DNA of 64,000 nt from contig DAOVKJ010000001.1 of the NCBI GenBank assembly GCA_030631845.1, forward strand, positions 480 through 64,479, written 5' to 3'. Shown piece by piece: positions 8,175-18,275 of this stretch. The notes under the pieces are model-generated. The model did no database searches. It was not told the origin of the DNA and worked only from the letters and a program-made list of their open reading frames with translations. Position numbers and translations under genes: made by a program. Source of the DNA: Bacteroidota bacterium (GTDB taxonomy: Bacteria > Bacteroidota > Bacteroidia > Bacteroidales > GCA-2748055). Each line of letters starts with the position of its first letter. The first letter of the stretch is position 1.

Positions 8175-9338
8175 ATGAAAGCCAAACGATACACAACCGT
8201 AATGCTGATCGCACTGATTTTTGCAACAGCAAGCATTCAGGCACAATCAGCTCGTCGTCCCGTTACCCAAGAAAAAAAGGAACGGGCCAGATCTACAAAA
8301 ACCTATAGCAGGGAGAGCACCTCCCAGAAGGCAAAAAGCATTCAGCCTGCACGAAAAGCACAGACACAACAGGTGCGTACCCAGCCTGCACGAAATACAA
8401 AGACCAAGCAGGTGCGCAACCAGCCTGCACGAAATACAAAGACCAAGCAGGTACGCAACCAGCAGGTAAAATATAACAAAACTGAGCCAAACAATAATGG
8501 GCGGCAGTATGTGCGCAACCAAAATGCAAATAACAACCGTGGAAATCAGGAGCGCAACCAAAATGGATATAAAGAACCCAGGCAGCAGGTAAAAAACAAC
8601 AAGACTAGGCCAAATAACAATGGGCGGCAGTATGTGCGCAACCAGAATGCAAATAATAACCATGGAAATCAGGTGCGCAACCAAAATGGATATAAAGAAC
8701 CCAGGCAGCAGGTAAACAAACCTGTGAGCATGACCACATCGAACAATCCTCGCAGTACTTATCGCAAGCCAAACAACAAGATTACCACAGAACCGCGTTA
8801 CAGCGCTCCTGTTAAATCCAAGAAGTATAACAACAGGAGCTATTACGGGGGGAACCATTATCACTATGCCTACCCCACCAGGAAAGTTAAGTTTCACTAT
8901 CACCATGATACTTATATAAATAGCTATCATGTGCTCTACTATCCCTCCTATGGTAATATTTACTGGAGCAGGAATATGTATCGTGACTATCACAGGTGGT
9001 ATCCTGAGTTCCACTGGAGATACAACTACGGTCACAGAATTCAGTCCATCTCTGTATTCGATGCCAAATACAACCTTGGTGAAGTGGCTATGGTGTATGG
9101 TAGGGTTTATGCCACCTGGCATAACAGGGAGACCGATGATTTTTTGCTCTTCTTCGGCGGAGACTTCCCCTACCAGCAGTTCACAGTAGTTATTCCCGGA
9201 CATGTGGCGCGCAAATTCAGCTGGAGACCCGAGAGGTATTTCCTGGGCGAGCACATCACTATTACCGGATTGATCACCACCTTTGATGGATCGCCAGAGA
9301 TTGTTGTTAAGAACAGGCGCCAGTTAGATATCTACTAA
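8175..9338 (+). CDS. Secreted basic low-complexity tandem-repeat protein with a globular C-terminal domain (hypothetical)
   Basis: A signal peptide MKAKRYTTVMLIALIFATASIQAQS is followed by an R/K/N/Q-rich repeat region, then a Y/H/W-rich segment, then about 100 aa of ordinary composition. No family was recognised. Confidence 0.7.
   Translation: MKAKRYTTVMLIALIFATASIQAQSARRPVTQEKKERARSTKTYSRESTSQKAKSIQPARKAQTQQVRTQPARNTKTKQVRNQPARNTKTKQVRNQQVKYNKTEPNNNGRQYVRNQNANNNRGNQERNQNGYKEPRQQVKNNKTRPNNNGRQYVRNQNANNNHGNQVRNQNGYKEPRQQVNKPVSMTTSNNPRSTYRKPNNKITTEPRYSAPVKSKKYNNRSYYGGNHYHYAYPTRKVKFHYHHDTYINSYHVLYYPSYGNIYWSRNMYRDYHRWYPEFHWRYNYGHRIQSISVFDAKYNLGEVAMVYGRVYATWHNRETDDFLLFFGGDFPYQQFTVVIPGHVARKFSWRPERYFLGEHITITGLITTFDGSPEIVVKNRRQLDIY
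8343..8459 (+). repeat. 39-bp tandem repeat, 3 copies (first copy diverged), coding
   Basis: The unit is CAGCCTGCACGAAATACAAAGACCAAGCAGGTGCGCAAC, which encodes QPARNTKTKQVRN. Confidence 0.9.
8460..8705 (+). repeat. 123-bp tandem repeat, 2 copies, coding
   Basis: Segments 8460..8582 and 8583..8705 align over their full length with few substitutions. Each unit is 41 aa and ends ...NNNGRQYVRNQNANNN.GNQ.RNQNGYKEPR. Confidence 0.9.
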
Positions 9339-9361
9339 TCTCTTACAACCTGTCACAAAAT

Positions 9362-9397
9362 GGAGGTTGTCCAATAAGGGCAGCCTCCTTTTTTTTT
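9362..9397. terminator. Hairpin plus T9 terminator between convergent genes, possibly bidirectional
   Basis: GGAGGTTG pairs with CAGCCTCC in an 8-bp stem with one G.U pair, followed by TTTTTTTTT. It lies between the stop at 9338 (+) and the stop at 9407 (-). Confidence 0.75.
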
Positions 9398-9406
9398 GCG
9401 AAAGTT

Positions 9407-10270
9407 TTAATCCACAATAACAGAGACACGTTGTATGGAGTAGGCAGCAAAGATCCCCTGGGCCCCGTTGTCGATATTGGATATTACATTGGCGGGTGGA
9501 CCAGAGAAGAGCGGGTAGTTCCCGGCAATCTCCAGTTGAGCCTCTGTCACAAAATTATAGTAGGCCTCTTCAATGCAGTCCATTTCAAGCGTAACAGTAT
9601 CGCCAGCATGAACAGCCTCCCGGGGATTGTCATCACTCAGGAATCCAACGGGCATACCCGGAAAATAACCCGTATCGAACAGATCGTCTGAAATAACACT
9701 GTATTTGGTCAATGAATCGGTTAGGAGATCGTTGTTCTTAATGAGTTTAAATCCAAACCAGTCTCGCTGATCCACTGGGTTATAAGCATACATAAAAACG
9801 GTGTAGCCGGAAACTACCGGCGTTGTGTAATACCTCAGTTCAATGGATTCAAGCTCAGATCCGCCTGGCATGGTGCTTGAGGCATGGTAAATCTCTTCTT
9901 CGCCATCCTGATTCACATCCAACTGGCTGATGTCCAGCACATAAATGGTTCCAGGGACCCCCCTGAATGCATACGATGTTTCATACCAGCCAGGAATTGT
10001 ATCATTTTCAATCAGCTGTATGGTCTCTTCCTCAAAAGTAAGTTCAACCAGGGCATTCCGGACCCTGGGAGAAGGTTTGTTGGAGAAGTAATCGCTTGTT
10101 ACCGAGAGTTGAACATGGTGCCTGACCGAATCTGTTGTGACTGCGCCTTCCACCACCAGCCTCTGGTAGGTGGAATCCAGCTCAATATCTACTCTTTCTG
10201 TACATGCTGTAGCCAAAAGCAGCGCTACAGTCAGGATAAACCACCGGTGATATGTAAATCTAAGCTTCAT
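9407..10270 (-). CDS. DUF4249-like lipoprotein, partner of the upstream TonB-dependent receptor
   Basis: The lipobox is LLLATAC. The start overlaps the receptor stop (TGATG). This size and position are typical of the DUF4249 partner of CarboxypepD_reg-type receptors. Confidence 0.7.
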   Translation of the reverse strand: MKLRFTYHRWFILTVALLLATACTERVDIELDSTYQRLVVEGAVTTDSVRHHVQLSVTSDYFSNKPSPRVRNALVELTFEEETIQLIENDTIPGWYETSYAFRGVPGTIYVLDISQLDVNQDGEEEIYHASSTMPGGSELESIELRYYTTPVVSGYTVFMYAYNPVDQRDWFGFKLIKNNDLLTDSLTKYSVISDDLFDTGYFPGMPVGFLSDDNPREAVHAGDTVTLEMDCIEEAYYNFVTEAQLEIAGNYPLFSGPPANVISNIDNGAQGIFAAYSIQRVSVIVD

Positions 10271-12600
10271 CAGAACCTGAAATTATAGGTGATCGCCGGG
10301 ACAATAGAGAAAAGATAGGTCATTTCGGCATAGGTTAAATCGGGTTGTGCATCGTCCTGGACAAAATTGAGGGTCCATACATTTTTCCTGCCATAAGCGT
10401 TGTAAATAGAGAAGTTCCACTCCCCTCTCCATCGTCTGCTGGCTCTCTCTTTCCCCTTTAATGTAACTGCAAGATCGAGACGGTGATAGTCGGGTAGCCT
10501 GTATTCGTTCCTTCCGGTATACAATGGGATGATGTTGCCCATCACCTCGTAACGCCCTGAAGGAAGTGTAAAGGGTATCCCCGTGCTGTATATCCAGTTG
10601 GCAGCTATCACGATCCTGGGCGTAAGATCATAATTGAGAACAATGGCCAGGTCGTGAGGTTTATCATAGGGGGCCGCGTAGGGCTTACCGTCATTGATTT
10701 CAGTGAATTCCCGCATGGTTCGCGAATAGGTGTAACTGATCCAACCTGAGAATTCTCTGGTTTCATATTTCAGATAGAGTTCGGCACCATAAGAGGTGGC
10801 CTCCCCGATCCTGAGTTCACCATCGAGCCGTGGATTCAGCATGAGTTGAGCATGATCCCTGAAATCGATGGAGTTGTTCATCTTTTTATAATAGAGTTCC
10901 ACCGAGGATTGAAGCTTATGATCCAGGAAATTTCTGAAATAGCCCACCGATACCTGATCGGAGAGCTGTGGCTCAATATTGGGTGAGGCAGGGAACCAGA
11001 TCTCAAGGGGGGTGCCAGCTGAAGAGTTACTGGCCAGCTGAAGGTATTGTCTGGTCCGTGAATAGCTCGCTTTCAGGGAGTGATGATCGCTAAGCAAGTA
11101 GTTGACGGCAAGCCGCGGTTCAAGCCCATGGTAGAGATGAAAAAAGTCTCCCCGCCCGTAGTAGGTAGAATCGACCAACTGGTAATTATCATCATAGTGA
11201 AATATAGTGGTGGGACCCACATTGTTAAACAAGGAGTATCGCACTCCGTAACGGACAGCCAGTTTCTCTCCCAGGGTTGATTCGCCCGAGAGATAGAGTC
11301 CGCTCTCCAGTGAATGGTTATGGGTGAGCTCCAAACTTTGTTTGATACCACCGGTGCTAACTGCACTAACCTCTCCAGGTTTAATCACATGGAAGGTTGA
11401 AGATGCTCCAAACCGAACTGTATGTTCAGGTGCAGGATACCAGGTAAAATCCCCCTTAAACCCGTAATCGTCAAGTGTGGAGTTCCAGTTAAAATACTGT
11501 TCCGACCCCTCTGGTGTTCCCAGGTCATAGAAGTAGTGCGAATTGACCAGCGTGAAATTACTGAAGAGGTTATTGTTGAATATATGGTTCCATCGGAGGG
11601 TAAAGGTACGGTTGCCAAAAATCATCCCTGCATACTCCTTATTGGCATAGGTATCCCTACCGGAATAGCCCGAAAGAAAGATTCTGTTATTGTCGTTGAT
11701 CCGATAATTCATTTTTCCATTGAGATCATAGAAGTAGAGCCTTGTTTTACGCAGTGCCTCCTCTTTCGAAAAGAGCAGAAAAAGGTCGGCGTAGGTTCTT
11801 CTAGCGGCAAGAAGGAATGAGATCTTGTCAGGGACGATGGGTCCCTCCAGGGTAAGGCGGCTCGCAATAGTACCAATTCCGCCACTTGCACTGAATTTCT
11901 TGCTATTTCCCTCTTTCATGCGTATATCCAGCAGTGAAGCCAGTCTTCCTCCCGAACTGGCAGGAATATCACCTTTATAGAGCTTCACATCTTTGATAGC
12001 ATCGTTGTTGAAAATGGAGAAGAAACCCATCAGATGACTGGCATTATAAACTACCGATTCGTCCAGAAGGATCAGGTTCTGATCGCGCCCTCCTCCCCTA
12101 ACGCTAAAACCTGATGAACCCTCACTGGTTACCTGTACTCCAGGGAGCAACTGGATCGCTTTGATCACATCGATCTCTCCCAGCAGTGCCGGGATTTTTC
12201 GGATGGATTGGATGGCCAACCTCGTGCTTCCTGTCTCCAGTTGGGTAATATTTGTATTGTTGCGCTGAGAGGAAATGGTTACCTCTTCCAGTTCATGCAG
12301 TAACTCATTCAGTTCCATATTGAGAACCATCTCATCTGTAAGGGAAATTTTTTTGGATTGCGTTTCATAGCCCACGTAGGAGAAAATCAGGGTATAAGAG
12401 CCAGGGTCTAGCGAAAGCGCATAAAAGCCATATTCGTTGGTACTGGTTCCAGTACCAAGCTCTTCAATAATCACATTGGCAGCAATTAGTGCTTCACCCG
12501 AGGCAGCATCACGTACATACCCACTAACGGTAGCCTTACCGAAGCTCTCCAGAGAGATCAGTGAAATAAATGCGACCAGAAGAAGACGTGTTCTCAGCAT
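10270..12600 (-). CDS. TonB-dependent receptor with an N-terminal carboxypeptidase-regulatory-like domain
   Basis: ATVSGYVRDAASGEALIAANVII...YGFYALSL is the CarboxypepD_reg domain, followed by plug-like and barrel sequence that ends in a terminal F. I prefer the ATG at 12600 (MLRTRLLLVAF..., a signal peptide) to the track start at 12657. Confidence 0.9.
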   Translation of the reverse strand: MLRTRLLLVAFISLISLESFGKATVSGYVRDAASGEALIAANVIIEELGTGTSTNEYGFYALSLDPGSYTLIFSYVGYETQSKKISLTDEMVLNMELNELLHELEEVTISSQRNNTNITQLETGSTRLAIQSIRKIPALLGEIDVIKAIQLLPGVQVTSEGSSGFSVRGGGRDQNLILLDESVVYNASHLMGFFSIFNNDAIKDVKLYKGDIPASSGGRLASLLDIRMKEGNSKKFSASGGIGTIASRLTLEGPIVPDKISFLLAARRTYADLFLLFSKEEALRKTRLYFYDLNGKMNYRINDNNRIFLSGYSGRDTYANKEYAGMIFGNRTFTLRWNHIFNNNLFSNFTLVNSHYFYDLGTPEGSEQYFNWNSTLDDYGFKGDFTWYPAPEHTVRFGASSTFHVIKPGEVSAVSTGGIKQSLELTHNHSLESGLYLSGESTLGEKLAVRYGVRYSLFNNVGPTTIFHYDDNYQLVDSTYYGRGDFFHLYHGLEPRLAVNYLLSDHHSLKASYSRTRQYLQLASNSSAGTPLEIWFPASPNIEPQLSDQVSVGYFRNFLDHKLQSSVELYYKKMNNSIDFRDHAQLMLNPRLDGELRIGEATSYGAELYLKYETREFSGWISYTYSRTMREFTEINDGKPYAAPYDKPHDLAIVLNYDLTPRIVIAANWIYSTGIPFTLPSGRYEVMGNIIPLYTGRNEYRLPDYHRLDLAVTLKGKERASRRWRGEWNFSIYNAYGRKNVWTLNFVQDDAQPDLTYAEMTYLFSIVPAITYNFRF

Positions 12601-12713
12601 GACTGGCAGAGGGGGTATATGGTATTGCGTAAAAAGTAAAAACAGATACCGGAGCAATGCATTTCATTGATCCGACATCTGTAGTAAAAATAGTAAAAAG
12701 TGCGATTGTCCTG

Positions 12714-14213
12714 TTAAACAATTTGACTCATGGCATCAATAAATGCTTCAACTGACGCAGTGACAATATCTGTGGAGGCAGAGAAGCCATAGTAGACTAC
12801 ATTTTTATGTTCTACCTGCATATGGACCTTCCCCATATCATCGCTTCCCCTTGTAATGGCCTGGATCAGGAACTCCTCAATCCTCACCTTCTTATTCAGG
12901 ATCATTTTAACAGCATTGATAGATGCATCAACGGGACCGTTTCCTTCCGAAGTGGCTGAGTGGGTCACCTCTTCCCAGATGATATTGACTGTTGCCACCG
13001 GAGAGGTGCCTTTTCCACACAGCACCTGCAGCTTGTCAAGATGAAGGTTCCGTTTGATATCCCGGCTACTGGCTCCTGCCAGCACTTTCAGATCTTCATC
13101 AACAATCTCTTTTTTAGAGTCGGCCAGTACCAGGAACTCCTCATAAATTTTATCGAGTGCATTTTTACTGAATGTATAACCCAGTTTTCCCAGCCTGTGC
13201 TTCAGTGCGGCCCTGCCGCTTCTTGCTGTCAGCAGAATGGATGACTCATTGATCCCTACCGATTTGGGATTGATAATCTCATAATTCTCGCGCCTCTTCA
13301 GCACACCATCCTGGTGAATTCCGGAGGAGTGGGCGAAAGCATTTCTTCCTACGATCGCTTTATTGGGCTGAACAGGCATACGCATCAGGGTGGATACCAG
13401 CCTGCTGGTTTTGTAGATCTTCCTGGTGTTGATATTGGATATCAGGTTGAGATGTTTCCGGCTCTTCATAATCATAACAACCTCTTCCAGGGATGTATTA
13501 CCGGCCCTCTCCCCGATCCCGTTTATGGTCACCTCCACCTGCCTCGCTCCGTTGATCACTCCACTCATGGTATTGGCGGTGGCCATACCCAGATCGTTGT
13601 GACAGTGGGTGGAGAGAATGGCCTTATCCATATTGGATACATGATCGACCAGGTATTTGATTTTCCTACCATACTCATCGGGAAGTGTATACCCGGTGGT
13701 ATCCGGAATGTTAATCACTGTGGCCCCTGCCTCAATCATCGCTTCAACCACCTGGGCAAGGTATTTGTTGTCTGAACGTCCTGCATCTTCAGCATAGAAC
13801 TCCACATCCTCCACAAATGATTTGGCATACCTGACAGCTTCCGCTCCCCGCTGAATGATCTCCTCGGGATTACTGTTCAGTTTATGATAAATGTGGTAGT
13901 ATGAGGTTCCTATTCCTGTATGGATCCTGGGACGCTTGGCAAATTTCAGTGATTCGGCTGCCACTTCAATATCTTTCTTTACCGCACGGGTGAGTGCACA
14001 GATCACCGGTTCGGTAACAGCTTTGGAGATCTCAATCACCGAATTGAAGTCTCCAGGGCTGGAAATGGGGAATCCAGCTTCTATCACATCAACCCCGAGT
14101 TCCTCAAGTGCTTTGGCTACCTCAATCTTCTCAATGGTATTCAGCTGACATCCGGGAACCTGTTCTCCGTCCCTCAATGTGGTGTCGAAAATATAAACCC
14201 GATCTTTCGCCAT
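12714..14213 (-). CDS. leuA: 2-isopropylmalate synthase
   Basis: The N-terminus reads [33 protein letters not shown] is also present, along with a C-terminal LeuA dimerisation-type region. The protein is 499 aa. Confidence 0.9.
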   Translation of the reverse strand: MAKDRVYIFDTTLRDGEQVPGCQLNTIEKIEVAKALEELGVDVIEAGFPISSPGDFNSVIEISKAVTEPVICALTRAVKKDIEVAAESLKFAKRPRIHTGIGTSYYHIYHKLNSNPEEIIQRGAEAVRYAKSFVEDVEFYAEDAGRSDNKYLAQVVEAMIEAGATVINIPDTTGYTLPDEYGRKIKYLVDHVSNMDKAILSTHCHNDLGMATANTMSGVINGARQVEVTINGIGERAGNTSLEEVVMIMKSRKHLNLISNINTRKIYKTSRLVSTLMRMPVQPNKAIVGRNAFAHSSGIHQDGVLKRRENYEIINPKSVGINESSILLTARSGRAALKHRLGKLGYTFSKNALDKIYEEFLVLADSKKEIVDEDLKVLAGASSRDIKRNLHLDKLQVLCGKGTSPVATVNIIWEEVTHSATSEGNGPVDASINAVKMILNKKVRIEEFLIQAITRGSDDMGKVHMQVEHKNVVYYGFSASTDIVTASVEAFIDAMSQIV

Positions 14214-14311
14214 GGCTATACAGTTTAACAGTTAGAAGGTATAAACCACAAAAGAAGTAAATTTAATGTTAAAACATGCTATCCAACATGGTTTTAATTC
14301 ATAGAATCTTC

Positions 14312-14818
14312 TCAGGCGAACTCTATTTTTAGCTGATCAACCCAGTTGGCGACCCGTTGCTCGATCATTGAACCCTGGTTTTCATAGTCGATGGCCAATC
14401 CCATAAACTGATCATTCCGCAAAGCCCTTGAACTTTCAAACTCATACCCTTCTGTGGAGGTGAATCCCACCAGCGTAGCACCCTGCGATTCAAGGATCTC
14501 ACCCATGATACCAACGCCATCCAGGAAGTTTTCGGGATAACCTTTCTGATCGCCCAGTCCGAATAGCGCGAACTTTTTACCTGTCAGATCCATCTCCTCC
14601 AGGGCGGGTAAAAATTCATCCCAGAAGTTGGGCAGTTCACCATCGAACCAGGTTGCTACGCCCATAATGATCCGGTCGAATGAGAGAAAGAGCTCTTCGG
14701 CAATCTCTTCTGCATTCACCATCGCAATGGAATCGTTGTTAAATGCCTCTTGAATCTGAGCGGCAATCTTACTGGTTTTTTTGGTATTAAAACTGTATAT
14801 GATAGCGGTTTTTTTCAT
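14312..14818 (-). CDS. fldA: Long-chain flavodoxin
   Basis: 168 aa. It begins MKKTAIIYSFNTKKTSKIA (FMN phosphate loop region) and contains GLGDQKGYPENFLDG. Confidence 0.85.
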   Translation of the reverse strand: MKKTAIIYSFNTKKTSKIAAQIQEAFNNDSIAMVNAEEIAEELFLSFDRIIMGVATWFDGELPNFWDEFLPALEEMDLTGKKFALFGLGDQKGYPENFLDGVGIMGEILESQGATLVGFTSTEGYEFESSRALRNDQFMGLAIDYENQGSMIEQRVANWVDQLKIEFA

Positions 14819-14835
14819 TGTTCGGCTGTTTGGAA

Positions 14836-16878
14836 TTAATAGTTCAACAGTTCTTTGGCAGCTTTTTCAATTCTCTCTATGTTGGGAAGGACCGCTGCTT
14901 CCAGGATCCGGTTCAATCCAACCGGAGTAAATGTTGATCCCACTCTTTTTACGGGTCCGTCAAGGTATTCAAATGCCATATCGTTGATCAGGGCAGCAAC
15001 CTCTCCACCGAAACCTCCAAACACTTTATCTTCATGCACAACCAGAACTTTCCCTGTTTTCTTAACAGTGGCCAGAATAGCATCGGTATCGAGGGGACTG
15101 AGCGACCGGAGGTCCAGCACCTCTACACTGGCAGTACTATCCTTCATTAGCTTGTCTGCCAGGTCCACACACATAGGCGTGGTATTTCCATAGGTGATGA
15201 TACTCAGGTCAGTTCCCTCTCTTCTCAACCTTGCTTTACCAAAAGGCACCTCAAAGTCATCCGGAATAGGCGTTGCTACTTTGGGGGAGTTATAGAGTGC
15301 CTTGGGCTCCAGAAAGAGTGTCACACCTTTTGAGCGGATGCTGGTACGAAGCAATCCTGCCGCATCATCTGCATAGCTGGGGTAGACCACCCTGATCCCC
15401 GGTAGCGGGGTCAGGGAACTCTCAATGTTTTGGGAGTGGTAGAGCCCTCCGCCAATATATCCTCCTGATGCCAGACGGACCGTGATATTGGGTGAGTATT
15501 GTCCCTTTGAGCGCCAGTAGTCATGTGAGGTTTCAACGAACTGTTCCATGGCTGGCCAGAAATAGTCAGCAAATTCGGCCCCCTCCACAACAATACGCAG
15601 TTTATCATTAAATCTGCTCATTCCGTTGGCGGTTCCCATGATATAGTCTTCGGCGATGGGACCATTAAAGACGCGCACTTTGCCAAATTCCTGCTGCATT
15701 CCCTTGGTTACGTTGAAAATGCCCCCCTTCTCCTTGTTGGCCACATCCTGTCCCCAGATAAAGGTGTCGGGGTTGTGCCGAAACTCGGCTTTCAGGGTCT
15801 CGTTCAATCCTTCAATCAGCTTTTTAGGCTCTCCCTCATGTTGATGAATACCTTCGGGGTACCTGTCACTTAAATAGGGTTCCGGAATCACAAAATCATG
15901 GATCGACTCGGGTGTGGGCTGCGGAGCATTCATCCCCACCTTATGGGCCGCTTTTACCACCATTTTGGCCTCAGACTCAATTGCTTCGAGTTCAGCTTCC
16001 GTAAACCGCTCATACCTGATCAGCAACCGTCTGAATTTGGCCAGGGGATCATACTCATGGACATAATTCAGTTCATAATCGTCGCGGTAGAGATCGTGCC
16101 TGTCGGAATTTGAGTGTGAATGGATCCTGACGCAGTTTGCATGTACAATGACCGGGTGTTCGTATTCAGCCACATACTCCTTGGCTTCGGCCATGGTGTT
16201 CATACTGTCGAATACATCTTTACCGTTACAGTGAAAGATTTTAAGGTTTTTAAATCCTGAGAAGTTATTGGCCACTTTTCGGTTGGCTGTCTGATCTGCC
16301 TTGGGTACTGATATTCCATATCCGTTGTCCTGGAAAACAAAAATAACAGGAAGCTTCTCATTGCTTGCCCCATTGATGGCTTCATAGACATACCCTTCAG
16401 AAACGGACGATTCGCCCTGGGAGCTTATGGCCACGCCGGGTACCTTATACTTTTTCATGGCACGGGCCAGACCCACTGCATGCAAGGTATGATTACCCGT
16501 ACAGGATGATACGTTGTGAATGTTCCATTCCGGTTTGGCGAAATGGTTGGACATGTGCCTTCCCCCTCCAGCCACATCTGTTTCCCTGGAGATCCCATTC
16601 AGTATCAGTTCTTCAGCCGAGAGGCCCGCAGAATGTGTGGTAAGCATATCCCTGTAATAGGGAAACAGATGATCATGCTCACGGTCAAACACCTGTCCAA
16701 TGGCCAGTTGAATGCCATCATGGCCCGCATACGGAGCATGGTACGACCACCCGATGGCCTGTTTCAGATAATTTGGCGCCCTGTCATCGATGGCCCGTCC
16801 TACCAGCATCAGTTTAAGCCATTTTGCCAGGGTCTCCTTATCTGTTTTCTTGATGCTGTATTTCTTGTTTGCTGACAT
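14836..16878 (-). CDS. 2-oxoacid (branched-chain type) dehydrogenase E1 component, fused alpha and beta subunits
   Basis: 680 aa. The N-terminal half resembles a TPP-binding E1 alpha subunit. The C-terminal half resembles a transketolase-like E1 beta subunit. It lies directly downstream of the E2 gene. Confidence 0.85.
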   Translation of the reverse strand: MSANKKYSIKKTDKETLAKWLKLMLVGRAIDDRAPNYLKQAIGWSYHAPYAGHDGIQLAIGQVFDREHDHLFPYYRDMLTTHSAGLSAEELILNGISRETDVAGGGRHMSNHFAKPEWNIHNVSSCTGNHTLHAVGLARAMKKYKVPGVAISSQGESSVSEGYVYEAINGASNEKLPVIFVFQDNGYGISVPKADQTANRKVANNFSGFKNLKIFHCNGKDVFDSMNTMAEAKEYVAEYEHPVIVHANCVRIHSHSNSDRHDLYRDDYELNYVHEYDPLAKFRRLLIRYERFTEAELEAIESEAKMVVKAAHKVGMNAPQPTPESIHDFVIPEPYLSDRYPEGIHQHEGEPKKLIEGLNETLKAEFRHNPDTFIWGQDVANKEKGGIFNVTKGMQQEFGKVRVFNGPIAEDYIMGTANGMSRFNDKLRIVVEGAEFADYFWPAMEQFVETSHDYWRSKGQYSPNITVRLASGGYIGGGLYHSQNIESSLTPLPGIRVVYPSYADDAAGLLRTSIRSKGVTLFLEPKALYNSPKVATPIPDDFEVPFGKARLRREGTDLSIITYGNTTPMCVDLADKLMKDSTASVEVLDLRSLSPLDTDAILATVKKTGKVLVVHEDKVFGGFGGEVAALINDMAFEYLDGPVKRVGSTFTPVGLNRILEAAVLPNIERIEKAAKELLNY

Positions 16879-16884
16879 TATCTG

Positions 16885-18204
16885 TTAAAGTTTAAAATTA
16901 CCGGAATCTGGATCAAATGATTCAATGTAGTCTCCTAACCGTTTCAGAAATGCTCCTCCCAAAGCACCATCAATAATCCTGTGATCGTATGTAAGCGATA
17001 ACCACATCTTTTGCCTGATGGCAATCATATCTCCCATATCAGTCTCAATCACTGCAGGTTTCTTCTTAATGGCTCCTATTGCGAGGATGGCCACTTCGGG
17101 CTGGTTTATAATGGGGGTTCCTATGTCGTTCTGAAAGGAACCAAAATTGGTTACAGTGAAGGTTCCTCCGCTGATATCATCCGGGTTAAGTTTATTGCTG
17201 CGGGCAGCTGCCGCCAGTTCATTCATCTTTCTGGTAATTCCGGTAAGATTCAGTGCTCCGGCATCCTTGATATTGGGAACGATCAGGTTATTATCGGGGA
17301 GCGACACAGCAACACCAAGATTGATACTTTTTTTAATAATGATCTTCTCCCCATCTACGGAGGCATTGATCTGTGGAAAATCGTGTAGTGATTTAACAGT
17401 CGCTTCTAGGAACATGGGGAGGTAGGTGAGCTTGACCCCCTCCTTTTTATAGAAATCCTCCTTCACCCGGTTTCTCCATTTGACCACCCCTGTCACATCC
17501 ACCTCAATCATATTGGTAACATGGGCCGAAGTCTGCTTCGATCGGATCATATGGTCGGCAATCAGTTTCCTGAGCCTGCTCATTTCAACGACCTCATCGC
17601 CTTCACTGGTTGTGACTGTTTCATGAACAACCTGCTTTTTTGGGGCAGGTTCTGGGGCTGTTTTTGCAACATCTGCCTTTTCAGTCAGAATTATTTTCTC
17701 TCCTCCCCTTCCCTTAACATAGTTCAGGATGTCTTCTTTGCGGACCCGACCATTCAATCCACTCCCTTGGATAGAATCGAGTTCTACCTGTGAAACGCCC
17801 TCTTTCCCTGCAATGGTTTTTACCAGTGGAGAGTAGAATCGTCCCTGGATTGAAACAACGTGTTCATCGCTCCTTATTTCATCAGCAGGGTCACTCTCCG
17901 GATCGATGCTCTTCTCTTCGACCTTAGCATCGGCCTTATCATCGGTGGTTGACGAATTATCTCCATCCAGACCAATGACCGCTATCACTGTGCCTACAGC
18001 GACGACCTCATCCTGTTTGAAGAATATTTTTTTAACAACTCCCTCAACTGGTGAAGGTATTTCAGAATCAACTTTATCGGTGGCAATTTCGAGGAGGAGA
18101 TCCTCCTCCTCGATCTTATCTCCCTCTTTTACAAACCAGTTTGTAATGGTTGCTTCTTCAATACTCTCACCCATTTTTGGCATGATAATATCAAAATTTG
18201 CCAT
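16885..18204 (-). CDS. Dihydrolipoamide acyltransferase (E2) of a 2-oxoacid dehydrogenase complex
   Basis: The lipoyl domain carries LLEIATDKVDSEIPSP (lipoyl-lysine). An E3-binding segment follows, and the catalytic domain ends ...LTYDHRIIDGALGG. Confidence 0.9.
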   Translation of the reverse strand: MANFDIIMPKMGESIEEATITNWFVKEGDKIEEEDLLLEIATDKVDSEIPSPVEGVVKKIFFKQDEVVAVGTVIAVIGLDGDNSSTTDDKADAKVEEKSIDPESDPADEIRSDEHVVSIQGRFYSPLVKTIAGKEGVSQVELDSIQGSGLNGRVRKEDILNYVKGRGGEKIILTEKADVAKTAPEPAPKKQVVHETVTTSEGDEVVEMSRLRKLIADHMIRSKQTSAHVTNMIEVDVTGVVKWRNRVKEDFYKKEGVKLTYLPMFLEATVKSLHDFPQINASVDGEKIIIKKSINLGVAVSLPDNNLIVPNIKDAGALNLTGITRKMNELAAAARSNKLNPDDISGGTFTVTNFGSFQNDIGTPIINQPEVAILAIGAIKKKPAVIETDMGDMIAIRQKMWLSLTYDHRIIDGALGGAFLKRLGDYIESFDPDSGNFKL

Positions 18205-18275
18205 AATAGAATCAAATGAAATTGGTGTGCTATAAGAAATTTCGATGGTATAACAACGATACCATGAAATTGTTT

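Noticed and set aside
8343-8705. Tandem DNA repeats considered as a possible CRISPR array or mobile-element remnant
   Set aside because: The repeats are contiguous with no unique spacers, they are in frame, and they encode peptide repeats within one ORF. No cas genes or transposases are present anywhere in the window.
8247-9254. 335-aa ORF antisense to the repeat-protein gene
   Set aside because: It is a shadow frame of a low-complexity, repeat-rich gene. Its translation is repeat-derived (LVAHLLGLCISCR units) with no start context. The sense frame has a signal peptide and flanking terminators.
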